The translations under genes and the position numbers were made by a program. From assembly GCF_006345805.1 (NCBI RefSeq), contig NC_042999.1, forward strand, positions 113,956,001 through 114,020,000: a DNA stretch of 64,000 nucleotides, written 5' to 3'. The notes beneath the pieces were generated by a model. That model saw only the letters and a list, made by a program, of their open reading frames with translations. It did no database searches and was not told the origin of the DNA. The stretch's first letter is position 1. Each line of letters opens with the position of its first letter. Source of the DNA: Octopus sinensis (taxonomy: Eukaryota). Shown here one piece after another: positions 36,606 to 49,833 of the stretch.

Positions 36606-37584
36606 GAGGCTGAGTAAGAGCAGACAATTCTTGGACAGAATCAGTGACACCATGACAAGGTAAGTATAATAAATTCTACAAGCTTCCACAGTTTGTCTAC
36701 CCAATTTTACTCAGAAAACACTCACTTAAAGTGTCATTGGAATGAAACATACATAGAACTTTGCAATCATGAAGAAAACGTCTTAACCACACAACCATGC
36801 ATTCATATGAACATATGAGCAGTTGGCCAGCATCTTAACTGCTTAATCATTTCAAATTGAAAGAAGTTTTTTTTTCTTGCCACAATATAAAATAAAACCC
36901 TCTTTTTATAACTAGTTGACTGAGGTAATGTTGAGTACTATCATTAAAAAAACTATACAGTTGCTGTGTTTTTAAAGATATATATATAAAATCTGTCTCA
37001 ACAAATTCTGTCCAACCCATGCAAAAAATGGTAAAGTAGATGTAAAAAAGATGGTGATGATGATGATTTACATGTTTTTCCATGCAAGCATAGGTTAAGC
37101 GAATATGTTACTGTTTTACAGCCTAATGCCCTACCTGTCTCTAACCATTACCTATTTTCCAAGTATGAGACCTCTTATCCTACACAGCTTCAAAAACACA
37201 GAGCAAACAAATGTGTGATTTATTGACAGGAGGAGTTCTAAGATCATGACTTTCATATAAACAAGCAGAAAATGTAAACAAACACAAAGATACACACATG
37301 TGCACATATAACATAAACATACACACACAAAATGCTTCTTTCTTAGTCTTCAACTACAAATGAGATGCAGTCTCATTGCACAGCCCATGAGATTATGAAG
37401 CAAACTTTTTAATGACACAGCCATAGAGTGTGTGTGTTTTGTATATTCTGAATATTTTCAGTTTTTGTATATCCCTACATATGCCTACATGTGTATATGT
37501 ATGTAAATATATTTATACATATCAAACCTAATCATATTTATCTGCATCAGTATCTCCACATCAACTGGGTTTTTCTTATACCCC

Positions 37585-37858
37585 AGCATCGCCTGGCCCC
37601 GTGCCAGTGACACGTAAAAGCACCATCCGTTCGTGGCTGTTCGCCAGCTCTGTCTGGCACCTGTGCAGGTGGCACGTAAAAAACACCCACTACACTCGCG
37701 GAGTGGTTGGCGTTAGGAAGGGCATCCAGCCGTAAAAACACTGCCAGATCTGACTAGGCCTGACGAAGCCTTCCAGCTTCACAGACCCCAGTTGACCCGT
37801 CCAACCCATGCTAGCATGGAAAGCGGACGCTAAACGATGATGATGATGATGATGATGA
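37585..37858 (+). mobile_element. Family B element (5'-truncated)
   Basis: GTGCCAGTGACACGTAAAAGCACC...GGAGTGGTTGGCGTTAGGAAGGGCATCC...CCATGCTAGCATGGAAAGCGGACG...(GAT)n. Confidence 0.9.
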
Positions 37859-38457
37859 TCTTTACTCTGCAGACTTTGTTTTTGATAAAGATTTCTTAGT
37901 GTAAGTTCAAACCATTTGAGCATCAATGTGTTTTCTATATTGAGCATCTGTAGATCTCATCTATAGGCCATGTGCATGTGTAGGTGCAGGCATGATTGTG
38001 TGAAACTGGTTCAAAGTTCAGTCCCACTTCATGGCTCTTTGGGCAAGTGCTTTTTCCCTATATCCCCAGGCTGACCAAAGCTTTCTGAGTAGATTTGGTA
38101 GGTAAAAACTGAAGGAAGCCTATGGCATATTTGAATATTTGTGCACTTGTGCATCTCTGACAAAAAGAGAAACCAGTGCAGTACAAGTGAAGACAATGTT
38201 ATCATTTCTGCTGTCAACAAATCATTTGCTAGCTTTTCCATCTTTAAAGACACGGGGAATAAAGAATCTTTTGCTTAAAAAACAGGTAAGGGTTAACAAC
38301 AGGAAGGATGTCCAGCTGTAAAACAATATCTCAATAGTATAGCTAACCCATATATGTAACAATTTACAAAATAGGAATGCAACTTAAGATGCAGAGAATA
38401 AATAAAAGTAATGTGCAAACTCCATCAAAGTGAGTATAACTGTCTCAGATGGTAGGC

Positions 38458-38682
38458 TTAACTCTTTAGCATTGAGACTACTCTGTCAAAAGTAATGCTT
38501 ATTATTCAGATTGTTTTGAATTAATGATGTGTTATCTCAGAGCTTCAAGATTTCACTGATGTAATTGTTTTTAGAATGATACACCTTTTTAGAAGGTGTG
38601 AAAGGCTAGATCTAACTGGTTTGAATGTAGAACAGGTAGAATATTTTGGCCTGATATGTCAGTTTAAATGCTAAAGGGTCAA
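38458..38682 (+). mobile_element. TTAA-type MITE family M1
   Basis: TTAA-CTCTTTAGCATT...AAATGCTAAAGGG-TCAA. Confidence 0.75.
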
Positions 38683-40119
38683 TCTAACAGTGCTGCTTTG
38701 GTATGTGATCTACATAGCCAACATGATCTAAAATAGTCAAATTCTACTTTAGTCTGCGATCTACGTTACATTTATTTATTTATTAAGGCACTTAATAGGA
38801 ATGCAACTTAAGACATTAAGACATAAAACATTCTTACATTTTTATGCATTTATTAAAAAAATTTTAAATGTAGCAGATTTGAAACAAGTTTACTAATTTT
38901 ATGGGCAAATCTAATGAACAGCAGCTAGAAAAGTAAAAAATAGAGAATTAAAATTTTTATGCATTTATTATTAACACTTATGTTTCATACTCTCTAACCA
39001 GACCTTCTCTTGAAACTGATATAGGTGTTTTCCTTGTTGTTTATAACTTTTCTTGTAGATCACAATATAAGGTGTAGATCGCATACCAAAGCAGTTTCAT
39101 GACAGATTGCATACCAAAGTAACACTCAATCCATCACCCAGCTTAACACCAACACCTGGACCTTTGATATCTTTATCAGAATTCACTCTTTTGGAAGCAT
39201 TCAACCAAGGTCTTCAGTTTCTTCCCCTTTTCCCTATTAAAGGTACCAGTTCTACTGATTATATCAGCAATAAATTTTCTATTAAAAATTGTCACGAGCA
39301 AACCATAGCCCCTAAGACTTTCTGAATGGCACACGTAACAAAAACTTAACTTGAGGTTTTTTGTTTTTTTTATGTAGTGTGGCTAGCCTGATGATGAGCC
39401 ATGTCTCATGTGACCCACTTCTCGAAAAATGTTGCCCAAGCCTACTCAAGATGTGGCAATACTGCACTGGATTATTGCCTTAAATCACAATCTGTAATAT
39501 ATTCATTAGCAAAACTAACCATGCACAAATATCTTAACAAAAATGTCTTAATACAGAAGATGTGTAAACAATTCACATGTACAGAAAATGCTTACTTATC
39601 CCACATGCAAGCCACTCATTGGTTAGACAGTATTCACATTGTTTAAATAGTTCTAAGAGTTGCAATAATTGCTATGCTTGGTTTAACCAAGCAACATTGA
39701 TTATACTCTGAATTTTACAGACCATTAAGTTTGCTGTTTAAACTTATATTTTGTTTGATAAAGATTTGTTTTAATACCTTCTACAGTATCTATACTCTTA
39801 TCTAGACATTGTTAGGACATGATTTAATCTCTTTCCTGTAACAATGGATCCTACATGAATGGCTTTTATTTATTTTTTTTTAATCTTCGCCTTTAAATCT
39901 TGTATCAATTACCTACTGCTGCTGTTGTGTAACCCCAGATCAACCTCCACTAACCAGACCTTGGTCAAAAGGTTTTCAACTATGAACATTCTATCCCTAT
40001 CCCAGCAACAGTGTCCTTTTCTAACATGGAAGAGTGTTGTTTGAAAGATTGGTTTGGTACCTATTTCTAGCAGGTTGTGCAACTACATATTGGCACACAA
40101 AAAAAATTGTGTGTGGAGG

Positions 40120-40492
40120 GGGATAGGTAGGTATGTAAGTGTGCAGAGATAGATAGGTGGATAAGTGAGAGTATACAGGTGTGATGAGTGTTAGTGTAGA
40201 TATGTAGGTGTGTGTATTAGTGCATCTATACAAGTTAGAGGGGAGGGAGAGAGGGATTGACAGACAAATCCAGAAAACAGAATAGACAAAGAAATAGAGA
40301 GAAAGAGACAGAGAAATACAGAGAAATATAGTTAGAGATAGAAAAAAACAAACAAGCAGAGGGGGGGATAGAGGGAAAGAGAGATGGAAGGAGAGGGGAG
40401 AAAGAGAGGAGGGGGAGGGAAAGAGAGATGGAAAGGGAGAGGTAGGGAAAGTGAAACAAAGACATGGCAAGACAGACAGACAAACAGAGACA
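40120..40492 (+). repeat. Purine-rich (GA/GGA) low-complexity tract
   Basis: Direct reading; it is the source of the S/L/P-rich minus-strand ORFs. Confidence 0.85.
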
Positions 40493-40775
40493 AGGAGCAT
40501 TTCTAAAAATACAGCCTAATAGCTATCATAATTGTAAAGCAGCTCATTAGATATAGAATATCAAAGATGATTGTGCTAATCCTTTCTGAATCAGAAGGAT
40601 CCATAGTATCATGTTCTAACAGTGTTGCACAGAAGACAGATTAAATTAGCATTGCATAACGAGTTGGAGCTGGCCCAACACTGATAGATATTCTGCAGGA
40701 AGAATTGAACTTAGCACTCCAATAATAACTAAATAAATAAATAACTTACAATACACTGAGAGAGAGAGTAAAGAC

Positions 40776-41010
40776 AAGTGGCCTAGTGGTTAGGGTATTA
40801 CACTCACAATTGTACGATTGTAGTTTTGATTCCCAGACCAAGTAGTGTGTTGTGTTCTTGAGTAAAACATTTCTTTCCACATTGCTTAAGTCCACTTAGC
40901 TGTTGAGTAACCCTGCAATGGAATGGTGTCCCATTCAGGAAGAACCCTTATGATCTTGGTCACTTACATGCCATGGAAACAGGTAATTGGCTTTATGAAT
41001 CCTAAGAACT
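40776..41010 (+). mobile_element. Family D tRNA-derived CORE-like SINE (degenerate)
   Basis: GTGGCCTAGTGGTTAGGGTATT...GATTCC...CTTGAGTAAAAC...GTCCACTTAGCTG; the head and core are shared with 45787-46100. Confidence 0.65.
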
Positions 41011-41405
41011 TGCGACAGTAATGTCCTATTTCAATATACTACACTACATAAAACTATGAGTTGAACTATTGAGAAGCAAGACCTTTGGTGAAGGACACAA
41101 TGCCACATTGCTTCCACAATAGGAAGAAGACAATAAAATATCCATTTCCAATATGTTCTGGCAGATTCAAACATGAATATTTGATAGCTGTTGGAGCTTT
41201 TTTTAGCATTGGAGAAAATGTGCTCCCTTTAGACAATGCATGCTCACAACACATGCAATTCACCAGTATAGGGGAACTTGCATGCTATTTTGTGAGCATC
41301 CCACAAATTATCTGTTTGGCAGTATGCATCAGTGAATAATTTGTTTGCAGATTTCTATAAACAAGAGTCTGTACACTTGTTAGATTCACTGGCCTGGTAG
41401 AATAG

Positions 41406-41453
41406 CTTTGACTGAAGAGACACATAAGGCTGAAACACTGCAGTGTCTCAAGG
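41406..41453 (+). ncRNA. Degenerate minimal type I hammerhead motif
   Basis: CTTTGA-CTGAAGA-GACACATAAGGCT-GAA-ACACTGCAGTGT-C-TCAAGG. All core nucleotides are intact, stem I is 6 bp and stem III is palindromic, but stem II is poorly paired. Confidence 0.6.
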
Positions 41454-41589
41454 ACCCCTCACACTAGTGAATTGTATGTGTGAATTGTAAGCTGCTATAT
41501 TAATCCCACAACTTTTGTGTCTCATGAATCATTTCTTTCAAAAAGCATCAAATAAGATGGTGAGGTAGTTTTCCTAATAACTTAAGCCT

Positions 41590-41870
41590 ATGACTGGTGA
41601 GATCACTGTGGTTGAGGTGAGTTTGAACTTTTGTGGGTCAATGACTAGGAAAAATTTGCATAGGAAGTGATTTCCTGAGGCTGGCAGTTCTAAGGAAAAG
41701 ATACTGGGCTTAGTGCAGAATTTGAAACATGGACAGAATGATGAATGGAGATGAGGCAAGTATATTAGATAGAATAAGATAGTATACTGCTTGCTAGTTA
41801 ATTGGAGAAGTCACTGAAGTTGCAGAAGAGGTGGAGAGATGATACATCACATCAACAAAATAGTATAAGC
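41590..41870 (-). mobile_element. Degenerate CR1/L2-group LINE 3' fragment
   Basis: Minus strand gives FLRTASLRKSLPMQIFP and IDPQKFK in adjacent frames, resembling the SFFPRTxxLWNSLP..FP...LQ.FK C-terminal motif. Confidence 0.5.
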
Positions 41871-42688
41871 TGGTAAAAGACCAGTGTCTTTGCAAAACAG
41901 ACTTCTTTTGAATGGAGTGCATATGTGAGCAGTGCTCACATTAATGTGGATCACATTTGAGCAGCAGTTGTTACTTTGTTGAACACAACATCTGAACTTT
42001 AAACTCTAAGTGATGTATAAAAATAAAAACATCATACTCCATGACATAATCACCCCATTTTGCAAGCAATAAAAAGAAAATATCAAACAACAGAAGAGAA
42101 TTGGAAGAAACATTTTAGTTGATCTGTGAAAAACCAAATTAGAAACTAACTACTCTGAAGCAAAAATTATGATTGGAAATTTTTTTTAAATATTACTGAA
42201 AATATTTCCTTTCAAATTTATTAGCTTTTTAAATGGAAATCCAGATATTTAAAACGTGCATTTAATTAACAGAACATGACCATTTATCACCATTATCACA
42301 ATTAGTGTATCTTCAAGGACATTTTCAAGAATTATTATTAATTATTATTGAAAGCAGGTAATTAAAGAAAGTATTATAATTTTAATTGATACCATTATTT
42401 TTAGCAGTTTTGAGTCTTCTCCTTCATTACTGATGTTCTTGAGAAAGACATGAATATCACAACTTCTTAAATATGGTTGTGTGATTAAGAAGCAGGCTTC
42501 CCAACCACATGGCCACGGATCCAGTTCCACTGTACAGTGCCTTGAGTAAGTGTCTTCTGCTATAGCCACAGGCTAACTAAAGTCTTGTGAGTAGACTTGG
42601 AAGATGAAAATGAAAAGAAGCCTTGTCACATATGTGTGTGTGTGTTGTATTTGTTCCCCATCACTTAACAACTAGTATTGGTTTGTTT

Positions 42689-42773
<85 letters not shown>

Positions 42774-43447
42774 GAGCATGTCTTGTGTTTGTTCCGAGTG
42801 TTGGTTTGTTTTACTTCACCGAAACTTACCAGTTCAGTAAAAAGAGACCAAGAAAATAAGTACCAGGCTTAAAAAAAGAAAAAAAGAAATGCATAAGGGT
42901 CAATTTGTTTGACTGAACCCTTCATGCATGGCTGCAGTCCAATAATTATAACAAGTAAAATATTTTTAAAATATGTAACTATACAAGGAAAATTATCATT
43001 ATTATTGTCATCATTACTGATATATGTTCATATATGTATGATAGAAAACCAGACACTAACTGCCTCACAGAATTTGGTGTAAAATTCAGAGCTCAAATCC
43101 AGCCAATATCATAATATTTATTAATCATGAGATGTTTCAGTCCACTGTACCCATCCATTGCATAAAATTGACATGTGCTTATTCAAAAGGTAATGGAGAT
43201 TACTATTGCTGTTGTTTATGTTATGCAGTTTTCAGTTCCTGAATGGAGCTGTCTCTTGCTTCTGACATCTTTGAGAAGAGCATAATTCACTCTTACAGCT
43301 TCTCTTTTCAACAGAATATATCTGAATTTACTGTGTATTCTAGAAGTCCTAATTCTTATTACTATCGCCACCACCATTATTATTATTATTATTAATATTA
43401 TTATTATTATTATTAATATTATTACTATTAATATTATTATTTTAATT

Positions 43448-44292
43448 GTCACAGCTCTCGGTCTTACTCGCTCTGATTGACTGTGAGAGCAAACAACAAC
43501 TTATTGTCAGAGGCCTCACAGAGACTCTTTCTGCAAATTATAAGCTTTGGCACCTGGGTGTTAACCTATCATGGAATACACTCATCACCCAAGCACCAAT
43601 CTCAAAATCCTAGCTGTTTTGGGGTTTGCTCTACCCTCATGTCAATTCAACTTTCTCCAACATTTTCTCAAACCTGGTTTTTTGTGCTCCAAGTGCCCCT
43701 ACAACTACCAGAATAACCACTACTCTCCTCACTTCCCACATTCTTGCAATTTCATCTTTTTGTAGCCAATATTCACCATATTTTCCAGCTCTTTGTCATC
43801 CACATGTGCATCCTCGGGTATGACAATATTTATCATCTAGGTTTCCTTTTTTTCTTTTATCTACAACAATGTCTGGTCTCCAAGCATCAATTAGGGAGTT
43901 ACATTGGATTGTAAAATCCCACAGGATCTCATATTCATTGTTCTCAGTGACGCCCTCTGGTTCATGTTTGTACTATTTCCAAGCTCTGCCCAAACTGTAC
44001 TTTTCACACATACTCCAGAGAATAAACTTAGCCATGTTATTGTGCCTCTTTTTGTAGTACTTTTGGACCAGCTTTCTACACTCACTCACTCACAGTGTGT
44101 AAGGTTGTTTCATTTTTGACGCCACACATCCTACAAAGGGGCAATTCACTGCTCTTATTTATTTGGAACTTGGTACAATTAGTTGTCAGAGGTTGTTCCT
44201 CAGTGCATCTTTACAGATCACTTTTTCTTAGCCATCTCCAGGTGTTGGTCTTGTCTTTCCATTCAATTTCTCTGAGGTATTGCCCATGTATT
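43448..44292 (-). mobile_element. R4/Dong-clade LINE 3' fragment (zinc knuckle plus restriction-like endonuclease), multiple stops and frameshifts
   Basis: Minus strand translates HGQYLREIE...CRMCGVKNETTLHTVSEC...KRHNNMA...EILWDFTIQ...RPDIVV...VVGALG...TARILRLVLG* (stop at 43585-87). The 3' end abuts a (TAA)n-like tract at 43377-43447. Confidence 0.88.
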
Positions 44293-44315
44293 GTTTTCAT
44301 TTATTGTTGTTATTA

Positions 44316-44535
44316 TCAGCACACTGGGCAAAATGCTTAGTGGTATTTCACCAGTCTTTACATTCTGAGTTCAAATTCTGCTGAGGTCAACTTTGTCTTT
44401 CATCTTTGCAGGTCAATAAAATAAGGTACCAGTTCAAGAACTGTGATGGGGAGGGTGGAATCGATGGTATCAACTTACCTCCTCCCCTCAAAATTGTGAG
44501 CCTTATACCAAGATTAGAAAGAATTATTACTATTA
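44316..44535 (+). mobile_element. Family C SINE, 5'-truncated
   Basis: GCAAAATGCTTAGTGGTATTTC...GAGTTCAAATTCTGCTGAGGTCAACTTTG...AATAAAATAAGGTACCAG...GAAAGAATTATT. Confidence 0.8.
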
Positions 44536-45367
44536 TATATTACTAAGATCATCATCATCATCATTGATCAGGACAACAGCAATGTACCAAATTCATAGAA
44601 TCGTAAATGTAAAAACACATAATTGCCAGCATTGATTTCCAAAGTCCAAAACTAATGTAAAATTCCTGATTAAGAAAAATAATCTCACTCACTCACACAC
44701 ACACAATACTGTAAGCCAAGGCCAGCTGAATTACAAATAGTAAATGATATCTTAAATGTGACTAAACTAGTGGAAGCAAATAATGGATGAGCTGGTAGCA
44801 AGTAGAGAACAGTATTTAACTGAAGCAGACAAAAGTGATTGAGATTCAATGATAGAGAGAGAAAGTCATAGACTGAGCAAAAAAAGAGACTCAAAGATAG
44901 AAAGAGCAAGAGGGTCAATGAATAGAGTAAGAGAGAGACAGTCATTTTATATAACAGTTTGATTCAGCTTTGCATAAAGTTTTGTGGGTGTAGAATATAT
45001 TCAGATCATTAGATGTACAAAATCAGATAATATGGATATGTTCTGCACAACATAAAAATGAACTTATTCTCTCAAATGTAATGCTTATTTTCACATTGTT
45101 TTGAATTAATCATGTAGTGTAGTTGTTGTGAAAATACACAACTGAAATTGTTTAGAAAATACATTATAATTGTTAGCCATTGTAGACAACTGTTGGATTT
45201 AAGATACTAATGCTCCCCACAACAAAATTATGATAAAATGAGCTCGAGTTCTGAAAGTCCAAGAAGTAAATTGACTTTCAGTGTCTGAAATTTGTACTGG
45301 AATGTGGACACCATAAAAGAAAAACAATAGGAAAACACCAGACCTATACAGTAAAGCCAACATTATA

Positions 45368-45750
45368 GGAGAAATGGCTGTGTGGTAAGTAGCTTGCTTA
45401 CCAACCACATGGTTCTGGGTTCAGTCCCACTGTGTGGCACCTTAGGCAAGTGTCTTCTACTATAGCCCCGGGCCAACCAAAGCCTTGTGAGTGGATTTGG
45501 TAGACAGAAATTGAAAGAAGCCTGTCGTATATTATATGTGTGTGTGTGTGTGTTTGCCCCCTCAACATCGCTTGGCAACTGATGCTGGTGTGTTTACATC
45601 CTTGTAACTTAGCAGTTCGGCAAAAGAGACCGATAGAATAAGTACTAGGCTAACAAAGAATAAGTCCTGGGGTCGATTTGTTTGACTAAAGGCGGTGCTC
45701 CAGCATGGCCACAGTCAAATGACTGAAACAAGTAAAAGAATAAAAGAATA
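45368..45750 (+). mobile_element. Family A CORE-like SINE, near-intact reference copy
   Basis: TGGCTGTGTGGTAAGTAGCTTGCTTACCAACCACATGGTTCTGGGTTCAGTCCCACTG...GGCGGTGCTCCAGCATGGCCACAGTCAAATGACTGAAACAAG(TAAAAGAA)n. Confidence 0.92.
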
Positions 45751-45786
45751 AATCAGTTAAAAGAAGCTCATTGATATGGCCGATAG

Positions 45787-46100
45787 GAGTGTGGCTTAGT
45801 GGTTAGGGTATTCAGCTCACGACTGTAAGGTCGTGAGTGATTCCTAGCAGTGCATTGTGACCTTGAGTAAGGTGTTTTATATCATGTTGCTTCAGTCCAC
45901 TCAGCTGGCAAAAATGAGTAGTACCTGTAATTTAAAGAGTGAGCCTTGTCACATTCTGTGTTATGCTGAATTTCTCCAAGAACTATGTTATGGGTATATA
46001 TGTCTGTGGAGTGCTCAACCACTTGTATGTTCATTTCACAAGCAGGCTGTTCTGTTGATCAGATCACCTGGAAGAATCATAGTCATAAGCAACAGTGTGC
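45787..46100 (+). mobile_element. Family D tRNA-derived CORE-like SINE
   Basis: A-box-like GTGGCTTAGTGG, tRNA-like head, GTGACCTTGAGTAAG core, CCACTCAGCTGGCAAAAATGAGTAGTACCTG. Confidence 0.7.
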
Positions 46101-46844
46101 CAAGAGGAAGAAATGAATATTGTGATAGTGGGAGGAATTCACTGATTCACTCACAGGGTACTGGTGAGTCTGGAGCAATAGTAAAATGAACTTGCACAAG
46201 GTGCAGCACTGTAGAACTGAACTGAAAACTATGTGGTTGCAAAGTGAGCTTCTTAACTATACAGCCAGGCCTGTGCCAATGCAAAAATTTTACAACCAAA
46301 TATTTTTTCTCATCTTACTCTATGCTTGTTTTACAAATAACATCAAGAAATTCTTGTGTCGAAAAGTGAAAATAAAAAAAATAACAACCAAATTTAAGCA
46401 AACCATTAAAAAAAATAATGAAAACAAGCATTTCCACTATATGAGGATAAGCAACAGTTATTTTTTAATTATAAAATATGAAGTAGAAACAGCAAAGTAT
46501 TAGAACTAAATACCTTCAAGTAATTAACGATATGCATTTGCATTCCAAGTTAAAATCTTACAGACATTGACTTTGGCTTTCCTCTTCCTACATTTGATAA
46601 GTTAAATTAAGAGCATGCTGAGCTCAATTCAATTGCTTAATACATCTACCCAACAAATCTGTGACCTTGTACTAACTAATACAAGAAAAAAAAAAGGAGA
46701 AATTCATTATAAACTGGGTTTGATTCCACAGATTAACTAATATATTTTAATTGAAGTTGTTAAGTGGAATTAATTAGTAAAATGCAAAAATATTCAGTGA
46801 AGTCAATAAGCCAGGAATCGCAACTTTTGAATACAACAGGAAAC

Positions 46845-47251
46845 ATTCTTTTCTTTTCTTTTCTACTCTAGGCACAAGGCCCGACATTTTTGGGGAGGGG
46901 GCCAGTCAATTAGATTGACTCCAGTACGCAACTGGTACTTAATTTATCGACCCCAAAAGGATGAAAGGCAAAGTCAACCTCGGTGGAATTTGAACTCAAA
47001 ACAAAGACAAACAAAATACCTATTTCTTTACTACCCAAAAGGAACTAAACATAGAGAGGACAAACAAGGACAGACAAACGGATTAAGTCGATTATATCGA
47101 CCCCAGTGCATAACTGGTACTTATTTAATCGACCCCGAAAGGATGAAAGGCAAAGTCGACCTCGGCGGAATTTGAACTCAGAACATAACAGCAGATGAAA
47201 TACCGCTAAGCATTTCACTCGGCATGCTAATGTTTTTGCCAGCTCGCCGCC
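46845..47251 (-). mobile_element. Two tandem family C SINEs with different 3' tails
   Basis: The core occurs twice (about 46917-46997 and 47098-47180). A complete head GGCGGCGAGCTGGC ends at 47251. The tails differ (CCTTGTGCCTAGAGTAG versus TTTGTCCTCTCTATGTTTAG). Confidence 0.9.
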
Positions 47252-47800
47252 TTAAGCATAGCAAAAAATTGGCAACAACAACAATGTAATTCAATAAAAT
47301 AAGTATTATCTTAGTATTTACATGTTTTTAAGGAAAATCTGTGACCAAATAACAAAATAAGATGAGCAACCTCAGTTAGGTCATTAGCTGAGGAGACAAT
47401 GACCATATTATTTTCTTATCCTGGATAACATTTCTAACAACAACCAATAATCAATCCCCATATTCTTAAGACTAAAACTACAAAGATGATACACATATAC
47501 TTATATATTAAAAAAGAAAATACAAATCAGCCACCACATTCATGCAGAGACAAACCACAATAACACAATTACCTATTATTTTTTCATCCTACCAATTTAT
47601 GATATTTCAATAATAACACTTTGAGGGATTACTTTCCATCTCACTTTTTTGGAAATTTCTAAAATAACAAGGAATAATTAGCAAAATTTATAACAAAAAT
47701 AGTAGAAAGGAGGCAGTATCACACAAACAAACATATATTCAGTTAAAACAGTTAACTATTATACACAAGAAATTATGCTAAACAAAAATTGTTAAATTAC

Positions 47801-47860
47801 CTTGAAATCCATAACAAAATCATTTGCCTTTGTATGTGATACATTTAAGTTTTTGAATAC
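47801..47860 (-). CDS. Candidate 60-nt phase 0-0 coding exon of an unidentified minus-strand gene (VFKNLNVSHTKANDFVMDFK)
   Basis: Minus strand tgtacag|GTA...TTCAAG|gtaatt, open in frame, non-repetitive context. I recognise no homolog. Confidence 0.3.
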
Positions 47861-48661
47861 CTGTACATTGATTTATAATAATTGAGAAATCCTACATTCA
47901 GTCATATTTTAGGTTTCCTCCAGTGATTCATATAATTTTTACATCTATAACAACTAATTTTCAAAAACAAATGTAATAGACAAAAACCACTGAATCCTTA
48001 AAACAACTCAGCTAATAATACTAACTCGAGGTCACTGAACTACCAAATGACTACTCCCATTATGACAAGCTTCTCTGTTTATATATGGCATTAGAAAGGG
48101 CATCCACCCACAGAAACCATGCCAAAGTAGACAATAGAACACAGCACATTAAATGATGATGATGATGATGAAATACACATGATTCTCTGAATCCATGTTT
48201 TACACTATGCATTTATACACATTCATACATATCTCAAATCATAACTAGTCACTCCTAGAAATCTACTAATTTGACATATTTCAATCAATTGACCTGCAAT
48301 TCAATAGAACTGTTTCATTCCCATGCCAACAGCAGCCACTCCTGTAAAACCATCCACTACACTAGCAGATTAACAAGATTCCAGTCTGGTAAACTCATCA
48401 GCTAACAAAAATCTCTTAAGCAGTTTCCAAGTTTGCTTAGTGCAACTGGACAAATCTTAGGAAAAAACACATACTAAAACCTAAATCATTAAAGTCAGCC
48501 TTAGTCATAAATAACATCCAAATGTTTCGGTTTCTATAGATACTAAATCACAATTTTTTTTTTTTTTTTTTTTAATGAAGTGAGGAGGATCTATCTACAT
48601 GTTAAACTCAATCTGTTACAACAGCAACCAAATCTGCCTCAAGTTACACAGGTGACAAATT

Positions 48662-48930
48662 ACATCTGCTGCAAACCATTAAGCAGAGGGGAGCATAATC
48701 AATAAATACAGAGGTCTGGCCAGTGTCAATTAGTTTGTGCCAGTTGCTATCAAGACATTGGGTGTTCTAGGACTGCATACCAACAATTTCCTCTGTAAAA
48801 TAGGAATAACAGCAACCCGTTGGAGAAATGAGCCCCACAAAGTGGAGTGACTGCTGCAATGGATGTTGCTGGCCATTCTCTGCTGCAACGCCATCACACA
48901 TTACCATGGTTGTTCTGGGATATGTGACCC
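48662..48930 (+). mobile_element. Degenerate CRE-like LINE restriction-like endonuclease fragment
   Basis: Translates NKYRGLA..*FVPVAIKTLGVLG...KIG...VE*LLQWMLLAILCCNA, matching the KY...FVP.A.ETLG.WG...G...Q.ISLA..RGNA motif. Confidence 0.72.
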
Positions 48931-49457
48931 ATCACCATCTCCCCACTCCATCTTCCGCTACTTTATAACCTCCACTTTTTTCGTTTTCATTCTTTCCCTT
49001 TTATCTCTTTGAATTTAGATGTTTTAATAAAACAAACTGTATATTTTCAAAAAACAAAGAATAAAATCTACCATATGTATTGAAAAAAAAAAAACACCAC
49101 AAACCCCATCACCTTTGAAAATGAAACACCAGGTAATGTGGTCTTGCCTAACAAGTACAGAAGGAAAAGATAAGATGATCATAGCTCAACTATTCAATCA
49201 GGGATAACCTAGGGCTAAACCATAACAGCAAAGTGGCATATCAAAAGCCTAGCCTTCTTGTTATGAGACAGAAATGGCTCTCTAAAACAGCAAAATGCAA
49301 TCAATATGAAAGTACTGTTTACAAACAGGCACAGGCTATGGTAATGAGTTTGATTCATTTCCAGTGTGACACCTTGACTAGGTGTCTTCTACTATAGTCT
49401 CATGTCAACCAAAGCCTCATAAGTGGATCTGGCAGACAGAATCTGAAAGAAGCCCAC

Positions 49458-49507
<50 letters not shown>

Positions 49508-49833
49508 AATCCCTGTGTGGCACCTTGGGGTCATAACTGGAATGGCATCTGACTATAAAAAATAAAAAATCTGCCTCAACAACCCAGGCAAGCATGAAAA
49601 ATTGGATGTTAAAACAATGGTGTGTGTGTGTATGATGATGATGGTATTGATTATGGTGGTGGTGGCAATGATAAAAATGATGATTATAAACATCCATTAC
49701 AGTCATCTCACCAGTCTGGAAAAGCTTTCACAGAATTAAGCATTTTTTTCCCAAACTAAAATGCAACTCGTCTTTTTTAATTCCTTGATGAAGTTTTCTA
49801 TCAAATATTCACAAAAAGATACACACAAGTATA

